Shown here: one piece after another, positions 57,408 to 64,000 of the stretch
How positions within the stretch are numbered: the first letter of the stretch is position 1
Layout: each line of letters begins with the position of its first letter
IMG/VR virus record: IMGVR_UViG_3300028048_000059
Location: 93,490-157,489 of that record
Strand: one strand, 5' to 3'
Origin: a virus
Taxonomy: Duplodnaviria > Caudoviricetes
Length of the DNA stretch: 64,000 nt
Notes under the pieces: model-generated
Seen by the model: only the letters and a program-made list of their open reading frames with translations
What the model was told of the DNA's origin: nothing
Database searches by the model: none
Position numbers and translations under genes: made by a program

Positions 57408-58159
57408 GTTAAAAACCCCGCATAATCTGTAATACAAAGCGCCCCATCAATGCGGCCGCAGTTGGCAAAATGGATGTCGTTAATTCCATTTTCATTTAAG
57501 AAATTGCTAAAATCATAATATTCTTCTACCCCATATTCTTCAATGAATGATATGGCAATATCGATATTATTGTCTGCGAGTGGAGATGACGAAGCAAAAG
57601 CAATTTCCCTAATCTCCTCGCTTGATTGTGTGCTAGTATAACATTGCGCAAATGGATACGCATAGAGAGGAATTTGAATGATAATGTTTGTGTTATGTTC
57701 AAACAAAACCTCATCGTTTGCCATGAATTTTGCTTCGAAATCTCTTCGCGTAAACCACTCAGGAATAAACTCGTCACATACAATGTGCGGGCACCCTACA
57801 ATTTCTTTTCTATATGTACCAATATATGTTGGTTGAGCAAAAAAATGTTCATAATGTTCCGCACACGCCATCTTATAAATTTCAATTTCTTTTTGGCATG
57901 CACTAATACCGCGGATTGTATCTACAAGATCAAATTTTACTACATAGTCATAATTAAAATCAACGATACAACCGCGTTCAGAACCAAAATAAATATTAAT
58001 ATAATCTGCCATGCACCCATCATTGCTACCGAAAATATCGTCGGTACTTTGGGGATACTGGAAGTAATAGGGAAAGAAGACCGAGTTCTCAATCATTCTA
58101 TCCAAAATATGTGAATAATGCTCAAAAATTTCATTCTTTTTCATCAATTCTACCATCAT
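57404..58159 (-). CDS. Protein-kinase-like-fold protein
   Basis: G..R......YVVK, C..E..IY and NDIH..N.G....DYAG motifs. Confidence 0.6.
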   Translation of the reverse strand: MMVELMKKNEIFEHYSHILDRMIENSVFFPYYFQYPQSTDDIFGSNDGCMADYINIYFGSERGCIVDFNYDYVVKFDLVDTIRGISACQKEIEIYKMACAEHYEHFFAQPTYIGTYRKEIVGCPHIVCDEFIPEWFTRRDFEAKFMANDEVLFEHNTNIIIQIPLYAYPFAQCYTSTQSSEEIREIAFASSSPLADNNIDIAISFIEEYGVEEYYDFSNFLNENGINDIHFANCGRIDGALCITDYAGFLT

Positions 58160-58310
58160 AATTTTTATCGATTAGTACCTGATTGGCGTTCTTGCATATC
58201 GGACAATATACTAAATCGCCATAAACATCACTAAGTTCATAAGCGAGCAAGGCGCCGCAACGTTCACACACACAAGTAAGACCGGGGTAGTTTTTAGAAA
58301 GCACTGTCAT
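58131..58310 (-). CDS. Small zinc-ribbon protein (CERCGA...YCPICK), not in ORF track
   Basis: Hand translation, 59 aa. Confidence 0.55.
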   Translation of the reverse strand: MTVLSKNYPGLTCVCERCGALLAYELSDVYGDLVYCPICKNANQVLIDKNYDGRIDEKE

Positions 58311-58447
58311 TAGGTGTTGCCGCCATTGTTCATGAAATTGTTATACCAAACCATAAAAATTACAATAAGAATTGCACCAAGAACAGACCACATATTACTT
58401 GTCCTCCTCTTTTTCTACTACTATTATAGCAGAATTTCAGTTAGAAG

Positions 58448-58636
58448 TCAAAGAAAATCCATGAAGTAATCTGGTTCTAGCCCAAGTTCGCAAGCAAGAA
58501 GATCCTCAATATATTCATAATTTTCGCCGCGATCAAGTGCTTCATAAATCATTTCCTTCACTTCATAAAAGCGCTGCTCGGCCTCAAACTCAGAAAGATT
58601 ATCTCTCTTCATAATCACACGGATTGTTTCGTTCAT
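58448..58636 (-). CDS. Small acidic phage protein (GLEPDY motif)
   Basis: ORF track; AGGAG RBS. Confidence 0.7.
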   Translation of the reverse strand: MNETIRVIMKRDNLSEFEAEQRFYEVKEMIYEALDRGENYEYIEDLLACELGLEPDYFMDFL

Positions 58637-58650
58637 ACCAATTCTCCTTA

Positions 58651-59760
58651 TTACATATTCTTAATTAGGGTGCGGGGTTCCATTCCTACCAAATAATCAT
58701 GTGCATTATCGCATTTATTATCTAACCGATTGAAAAGGAAATTACGTACAAGACCAGGGTACTGCAATGCTAGTGCCGCAAATTGCTTTCTATCGTTACC
58801 GAACGGCTGCACAAGTTGCCAAGCATCTTTCATTGCTTGCTCTTGCTCATGTAGCCACGAGACAATGGCGGCCACCCTATCGTTGAATTGCGGGAAAGAC
58901 CCAACAAAATCGTCTAAGGTGTTGTTTTGCCACATCTCCACAATGCTAGCATCGGTAATTACACCATTATTGAGGGTGTGGTGAAGCCGCAAATACTCGT
59001 CTCCCTTGACTTTAATTCGCAGAAAGCTCCCATCATACATAGTGTTGGCCCGCACTACAAATCCTTCATGGTTGCGGTCCAAGGTATGTGAGGCCTCAAT
59101 ACAATCGTCTAGTGAATTGAAATGATAGGTGCGTGGCACAAAGTTCTGGAAGGTTTCAGGAATTGTAGCGCTTTCTTCCATCGTTACCATGTTGCGGCAA
59201 CCCAAAAACCAAACTCTATTCTCCTGATACTGCACAACGATCGTATTGTAGGACGGTGCCACTAGTTCAAAATAGTAGCAATATTCTTTATTCAAATGCT
59301 GCATCCATCCATTTCCAAATTGCGCATTGGCAATTGTCATAAACAAATTACCAAAATTCACACCCCGGGCTGTGGCGCCCGTAGTTGCGAACGCATCGAT
59401 ACAATTGTTAGTGGAAACATGCCATCTATCATGCCACCATACCTTTATTAGTGAGCCATCGATTTTTTCCAACACATCAACGCCATCGTTCCAATGAATG
59501 AGGGGGGTAGCCGCATACGATTCGCCCCAATTGTGGAACTTGTCGAGTGCTCGCGCCACACATTTCCAAATTCCATCTTCATAGGTGAAAATGCTTCCTC
59601 TCGCTTCCTTTACCTCATCCAAATTGAAATCCGATTCGTACTGGTTGTAACGCAGTAGCCAGTAGTTGCTATCTTGCGTTGCAGAAATACAATAAGGTGC
59701 GGCCGCAAGTAGTTGCTGCCAATCGTTAGGGTGGTCATTCAGGAACTTTATTAACTTCAT
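58651..59760 (-). CDS. T4 Rnl1-type RNA ligase
   Basis: E.RG, KF.N, EKIDGS, FEL, EGFVV and K.K..EY motifs. Confidence 0.9.
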   Translation of the reverse strand: MKLIKFLNDHPNDWQQLLAAAPYCISATQDSNYWLLRYNQYESDFNLDEVKEARGSIFTYEDGIWKCVARALDKFHNWGESYAATPLIHWNDGVDVLEKIDGSLIKVWWHDRWHVSTNNCIDAFATTGATARGVNFGNLFMTIANAQFGNGWMQHLNKEYCYYFELVAPSYNTIVVQYQENRVWFLGCRNMVTMEESATIPETFQNFVPRTYHFNSLDDCIEASHTLDRNHEGFVVRANTMYDGSFLRIKVKGDEYLRLHHTLNNGVITDASIVEMWQNNTLDDFVGSFPQFNDRVAAIVSWLHEQEQAMKDAWQLVQPFGNDRKQFAALALQYPGLVRNFLFNRLDNKCDNAHDYLVGMEPRTLIKNM

Positions 59761-59783
59761 ACTTCTCGGCCTCCTTTTTCTTT

Positions 59784-59812
59784 ATTATAACAAAATTCCA
59801 ATCAAAAGTCAA
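59784..59812 (-). promoter_or_regulatory. Sigma-A promoter of the RNA ligase
   Basis: TTGACT-17-TATAAT. Confidence 0.8.
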
Positions 59813-59833
59813 GTGATAGGTTAAAGGAAATTT

Positions 59834-59998
59834 GAAAATGAAATGTCGTTTTTGCTGTTATGGGAAAAATGAAAATGAAATGTCGTTGCGGTTGTTTTAG
59901 GGCAAATAAAAATGAAATATCGTTTTCATTGTTTAATGGGATTTGAAAATGAAATGCTGTTTCCTTCATTCAGTAGGAAATGAAAATGAAATGCCAGC
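59834..59998 (+). repeat. Five direct repeats of GAAAATGAAATG(TCGTT) with exact 37-bp period
   Basis: Starts at 59834, 59871, 59908, 59945 and 59982. Confidence 0.85.
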
Positions 59999-60045
59999 TA
60001 TATCGAATGCGAAAACGAATTTCTGATTGTGTGATGCAACGACTA

Positions 60046-60152
60046 GCTCGAACGGCCCGCGCCTTTTGGCGCGCGGCTGCCGTTCGAGCGTAGCAGCCCT
60101 TAATTTAACTGTTAATTAACTGTTAATTAACTGTTAATTGGTTGTTAATTAA
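60046..60152. repeat. GC-rich hairpin (60046-60089) followed by tandem 11-mer TTAACTGTTAA
   Basis: GCTCGAACGGC/GCCGTTCGAGC with inner CGCGCC/GGCGCG. Confidence 0.8.
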
Positions 60153-60530
60153 TTTGTGTAATAAGGGTTGTGTATTTTGTACAATAGTTGTGTATGTTTT
60201 TTAATAAAAATGTATAAGGCCGCAATAACCATGGTTCCGCAATAAATGGTGCGTTGTTGTAAAACGGCATTATAGGGTTGTAAAAATGGTACCTCATCGC
60301 TACTGAAAGGAACGGAGGGGCTACTATCGCGCGACAACCATACCGAAAAAATGGTAGGGGTAATATTTTTTTCTGGGGCTGTGCATGGGTGGTGGTGGGA
60401 GGTAGGAGTGATAGGGGTATGCATTTTTTATTCAAAAATGTCAAATATTTGACTACTTTTATTTTATTTTTTGTATATTCTATCCAAAAACACATACTTT
60501 TTCAAAGATATTTTGGTATTTTTGAATAAA

Positions 60531-60755
60531 AAAAATCCTACCATTGGTAGGATTTTTGTATAGAAAAAATATGACAAAATTTTACCCCCACTGTCTGTTA
60601 ATAATACGTGGGGGTAAAATCCTGTCACCTTTTTTTCTGCCTTATTTTACACCTGAAAAAAAATTTTTTGTGGTAGAAAATGGTATTGAAACAAAAATGA
60701 GTGACAAAATTTTACCCCCACTTATTATATAGAGAGTGGGGGTAAAATCACGTCA
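60531..60755. repeat. Array E: palindrome AAAAATCCTACC-ATT-GGTAGGATTTTT and two inverted pairs of TGACAAAATTTTACCCCCA
   Basis: Copies at 60572/60610 and 60702/60737. Confidence 0.8.
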
Positions 60756-62036
60756 CTTTTTTTGGATAATACTGTAACGTGTTTTGTTGTTACGTTGTTC
60801 AACTACTTCCCAACCACAAGCTTCCAATGCCTTTTTCAAACTAGGCCATTTCTTTGGGAAATTTAAAATCCGTAACAACTCATTTTTGTCTTCTGTTGTT
60901 AGTTTTCTTCCGATGTAATTGTCCGGTATCTTTGCGCAGTAATCCTTCAACTCATCAATAAGTTTCTGATGCGATTTTTCATTTTTGTTCCGCTCATGAT
61001 TGTAGTACCCGACCACTTCCATGTCCTGACGCATGCGGCCTCTCGCTTGTTCACGTGTATCGCTATTCCCCGTATGGATGTACATTTCTTTCACTAGTGG
61101 ATCCTTGATACTGATGGCAGTTTCATAGGCACTATTGATAAGAAGATCTTGAACTTGCGGCGGCAGCCTGTGATCACTCAGCACGTAGTCTCGCGTAGTG
61201 AGCGCTTCTTCACTCATGGGTGTGGCCGCATTCAGTGACCAGATTGCTTCCGCCTGTCTGCCGCATTCCAACAAAATGTTTTTGTACTTGTTCAGTTCTT
61301 TTACTGTGTTAAAGTAAAAAATGCGTTTGCGGTTTTCAGGTAGCACCGCTCGTAGAATGGGTTCGATCTCAGTGTACTCGAAGGAATAGAGAATCTCGTA
61401 GGCCCGCAATTGTTGGCTAAACCGCACCTCATTGATGATGTCGCCTAGTTTGGCAAGATCGTACTTGTACAATTGACTAGGAGTGGCGGTCAACGCAAAC
61501 ACCCATGCACTTTCTTCCTTCAACACCTTATAGATGCTGTCTAGTGCAATGTAGGTGTAACATGTCATTTGCAACATATCATTAATTTCCCATGGCATTG
61601 CTTGGGGATACTGCTTTTTTAATTTTCCGCGCGACATACCAATGTACTTGTTAAGAACATGCACTTCATCGCACACAATGTATTCGTAATCTTCTAAATG
61701 AAGTTCTTGCTTTTTTACTTTTGCGCCGAACAACGCATAGGTCATTACGGTAGGTTTGTCTTGCGGCGCCTGGAATGGAGTGTCCCACTCATTACTATTT
61801 TTGGTTTCAAAAAAGTAGGCTAAATCGTTGTACACAAATTCTTCCTCACCAGAAACAGTGTTGATGAGGATGAGAGAGCGGTGCGGCGACACCTTCAAAT
61901 GATCGGGGATGGTTTTGAAGGCTGCGGTGGTTTTTCCGCTACCGCAGGACGCAATTATGAGGTTGAGCTTTCCTTTCGCAAAGCTGTCATATTCAATTAC
62001 TTCGGAGATGAAGTTTCCAGTCGCCAGACGGCTCAC
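60753..62036 (-). CDS. SF2 (DExH) helicase-like, possibly origin-binding, protein
   Basis: GSGKTT, DEVH, TAT and Q.RGR.R motifs. Confidence 0.8.
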   Translation of the reverse strand: MSRLATGNFISEVIEYDSFAKGKLNLIIASCGSGKTTAAFKTIPDHLKVSPHRSLILINTVSGEEEFVYNDLAYFFETKNSNEWDTPFQAPQDKPTVMTYALFGAKVKKQELHLEDYEYIVCDEVHVLNKYIGMSRGKLKKQYPQAMPWEINDMLQMTCYTYIALDSIYKVLKEESAWVFALTATPSQLYKYDLAKLGDIINEVRFSQQLRAYEILYSFEYTEIEPILRAVLPENRKRIFYFNTVKELNKYKNILLECGRQAEAIWSLNAATPMSEEALTTRDYVLSDHRLPPQVQDLLINSAYETAISIKDPLVKEMYIHTGNSDTREQARGRMRQDMEVVGYYNHERNKNEKSHQKLIDELKDYCAKIPDNYIGRKLTTEDKNELLRILNFPKKWPSLKKALEACGWEVVEQRNNKTRYSIIQKK

Positions 62037-62057
62037 CTCCTTTTTACAGCGTGGGGT

Positions 62058-62189
62058 TGCAGCTTTTTCGCAGGTTGCAGCTCGTGTGCGTATGTTAAAA
62101 ATGCAGCTTTCCTATGTAATGAAAATTTGCAGCTTGCGCGGCCATTAAAAATTTGCAGCTTTCCAGCTTGCAAATTATTTGCAGCTTGC
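62058..62189. repeat. TGCAGCT repeats, five at 26-bp period
   Basis: 62076, 62102, 62128, 62154 and 62180 (plus 62058). Confidence 0.75.
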
Positions 62190-62257
62190 CACGCGCTATA
62201 ATATTTTCCATAACCGCATTTTTATACTGCATATCCTTTCCCCCTCTTTGTATATTT

Positions 62258-62340
62258 ATTATAGCATAAATTTGCATTATAGTCAAATAATTATACACCC
62301 AAAAATTTAACTTGACAAATGGCGGCGCGTGTGGTATGAT
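62258..62340. promoter_or_regulatory. Divergent sigma-A promoters (minus 62258-62286; plus 62312-62340)
   Basis: TTGACT-17-TATAAT on minus and TTGACA-17-TATGAT on plus. Confidence 0.75.
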
Positions 62341-62370
62341 ATAATGGGGGAGAGGGCGCCGCGGAGGATT

Positions 62371-62510
62371 GTTAAGATTGTGTTAAATTTTGGGCCGGCG
62401 CAGACCTTTACACCAGTTTAACATAAGGGGCGGCTAGTTCCTTAATACACAATTAACAGTTAAGTGTATGTAAAGAAATTGGCCGGCCGATTTTTTAACA
62501 CAAATTTAAC
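62371..62510. repeat. Two 52-bp dyad elements GTTAA-N6-GTTAA..GGCCGGCC..TTAAC-N6-TTAAC
   Basis: 62371-62422 and 62459-62510. Confidence 0.8.
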
Positions 62511-62514
62511 GCAC

Positions 62515-62542
62515 AAAAAGAGGACGGTTATACCGTCCTCTT
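62515..62542. terminator. Terminator after the exonuclease (possibly bidirectional)
   Basis: AAGAGGACGG/CCGTCCTCTT. Confidence 0.75.
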
Positions 62543-63241
62543 AACCGATTGCCAACAATTGCGTTTAATGCCTGTACCATTCGGCATTGCCATGTGTGTT
62601 TCGAAACACCTCTTCATGATTGCGGTTTCGATTAGCACGTCATCATAACCGCGGTGTTCTTCCTCGTAGTGAGGGGAGAGGGTGAGGTAGCGATAGACGG
62701 TTTCGGCGCTGGTGCTGTAATTTTTGGCGTTTGGTTCGCCTGCGCGATTGGAAGTGAAGTTGTACTTTTCGCAGAAGTCGCGGTATGTGGGGCGCTGGCA
62801 AAGCGTCTGGCAAGCCATGTTCCAGATACACATGAATTCAATGCCATAGGGGAAGAACCAACGGAATTTGGATTTGGAAAGCCAACGGAGAGTATTGTTC
62901 AGTGCGTCACGGTCGAAGGCGGCATTGTAGGCGGCGACGGTAGTGATGTGGTAACGGTTGATGAGGGAGAGGATGTAAGTGCGGGCGTTTTTGAAGGACT
63001 TGCAATCGCGGCGACAGGCGGCAATGTCTGCACGGTATGCGGGAATTTTGGATGCATAGTACGCAGAGGACATGAGTTCGGGCTCAAAGACGAAAATATC
63101 GGAAATTGCGAAGGAGAAGGATTCGTAGATGCGGCCCTGCCTATCAGTGACAACTCCGCCAATATCGTAGACGAGGGGACAGTCGATTGTGTTGGCGGTT
63201 TCGGTGTCAATGACGAGGATGTAGTTAATGCGCTTGTCCAT
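62528..63241 (-). CDS. DEDDh 3'-5' exonuclease
   Basis: IDTET, AYN..FD and EEH....D motifs. Confidence 0.85.
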   Translation of the reverse strand: MDKRINYILVIDTETANTIDCPLVYDIGGVVTDRQGRIYESFSFAISDIFVFEPELMSSAYYASKIPAYRADIAACRRDCKSFKNARTYILSLINRYHITTVAAYNAAFDRDALNNTLRWLSKSKFRWFFPYGIEFMCIWNMACQTLCQRPTYRDFCEKYNFTSNRAGEPNAKNYSTSAETVYRYLTLSPHYEEEHRGYDDVLIETAIMKRCFETHMAMPNGTGIKRNCWQSVKRTV

Positions 63242-63318
63242 GCGGTTTCCTTTCTGGTTTGTAGTGTTTTCCTTCACTTCATTGATTTAATTGTATCACA
63301 AAGGTGGAGGATAGTCAA

Positions 63319-63370
63319 GTTAAAGTTGAGTTAATTTTTTGGCCGGCCAGTTTTTTAACATACAGTTAAA
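63319..63370. repeat. Third 52-bp dyad element, abutting the -35 of the exonuclease promoter (63290-63318)
   Basis: Same architecture as 62371 and 62459. Confidence 0.8.
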
Positions 63371-63375
63371 GACCA

Positions 63376-63570
63376 TCAATGATGGTCTTTAACTTCTTCT
63401 TCTACTAAATCTTCGTAGTGGTCAAAGGTAAAAACTTCAATCCATTGCCACCAGTGATTGCACTCATGGCAAACACCACGAACTGTGTTATAGTAGGAAC
63501 CATTATAATATTCTGAATCAAGAGTATCAACCGCATAAATGTTAGAGCTACCACAATTCGGGCACTTCAT
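63376..63570 (-). CDS. Zinc-ribbon protein (CPNC...CHEC)
   Basis: ORF track; GGAGG RBS. Confidence 0.7.
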   Translation of the reverse strand: MKCPNCGSSNIYAVDTLDSEYYNGSYYNTVRGVCHECNHWWQWIEVFTFDHYEDLVEEEVKDHH

Positions 63571-63573
63571 ATT

Positions 63574-63822
63574 TTATTCATCCTCCTTACAACGTCCTTC
63601 TACAAATTCTACATCAAGAATATCGAATTCAATCTCTGCGCCAAAAGTTTCACCGATTTTTGTGGTGAACTGATAGCAATAGCCACCGAGATATTCAGAA
63701 GTAATAATATTCTCATCTTCTGCAAGAAAATGCTCAAACGCGATGCAGGCGCGCTTGATGCTGGAATAGGTGCCAAACACACCGTTGTTGAAGTAAGGGG
63801 AACAGACGATGTAAATATTCAT
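63574..63822 (-). CDS. Hypothetical protein
   Basis: AAGGAG RBS before MNIYIV; promoter at 63857-63885. Confidence 0.65.
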   Translation of the reverse strand: MNIYIVCSPYFNNGVFGTYSSIKRACIAFEHFLAEDENIITSEYLGGYCYQFTTKIGETFGAEIEFDILDVEFVEGRCKEDE

Positions 63823-63856
63823 GTTGTAGGGTCTCCTTTCATTTCCTTCTGTATAT

Positions 63857-63977
63857 ATTATAATGCGATTTGTTGAGGAAGTCAAGTTAAGATATGATTA
63901 AATTATCGCCCGGCCCAAATTTTAACTTGGATTTAACTGAAAAAAGGGTTGACAAACAAGGGAATTTTTGGTATACT
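63857..63977. promoter_or_regulatory. Divergent promoters with a fourth 52-bp dyad element (63886-63937) between their -35 boxes
   Basis: TTGACT-17-TATAAT on minus; TTGACA-17-TATACT on plus. Confidence 0.75.
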
Positions 63978-64000
63978 ATTTCCAGAAGCCAAGGAAAAGG

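Noticed and set aside
59834-59998. CRISPR mini-array
   Set aside because: The repeat is only ~12-17 nt and degenerate, the spacers resemble each other, and there are no cas genes.
60145-60732. ORFs 60145-60495, 60149-60424 and 60544-60732
   Set aside because: They are low-complexity, lack an RBS and lie in a repeat-rich intergenic region.
204-63334. Plus-strand ORFs in the track (e.g. 4683, 10112, 13940, 54346, 57626, 62654)
   Set aside because: They are antisense shadows of well-supported minus-strand genes, with no RBS or recognisable motif.
1-64000. Stop-codon reassignment
   Set aside because: Genes are full length in the standard code and no suppressor tRNA was seen.

Overview
A 64-kb slice of a large, AT-rich tailed dsDNA phage (Caudoviricetes). 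The host is most likely a gut or rumen Bacillota/Clostridia bacterium, judging from sigma-A TTGACw-17-TATAAT promoters, GGAGG RBSs, Gram-positive-type lysins and a ROOL-like RNA. Essentially every real gene is on the minus strand. Layout by coordinate: (i) 1-17 kb, small ORFs plus DNA/nucleotide-metabolism genes (GIY-YIG nuclease, NCS2 permease, nucleoside deoxyribosyltransferase, Dam, PIN-PhoH, ClpP, DNA ligase, dNMP kinase, RNase H, holin, BMP substrate-binding protein). (ii) 17.7-24 kb, an RNA island with six intact tRNAs (including Ile-UAU and a Leu-UAA split by a group I intron), a truncated AAU tRNA, a tRNA-like minihelix, a ~590-nt ROOL-like RNA and two unassigned ~300-nt structured RNAs. 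(iii) 24-50 kb, tail/structural proteins, two lysins (one split by a group I intron) and a six-gene module of unknown function whose core gene holds a group I intron with a GIY-YIG homing endonuclease. (iv) 50-64 kb, kinase-like proteins, Prs-like and macrodomain-like genes, a deaminase, PNK, Rnl1-type RNA ligase, an SF2 helicase and a DEDDh exonuclease, among many repeat arrays. The least explained signals are: repeated 'HTH - small protein - winged-HTH - dyad-repeat array - AT-rich tract' cassettes, each with a different repeat; very strong enrichment of the palindrome GCGGCCGC in all three reading frames; four exactly 52-bp dyad elements beside divergent promoters; and the unassigned RNAs. 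All annotations come from manual motif recognition; no database searches were run.
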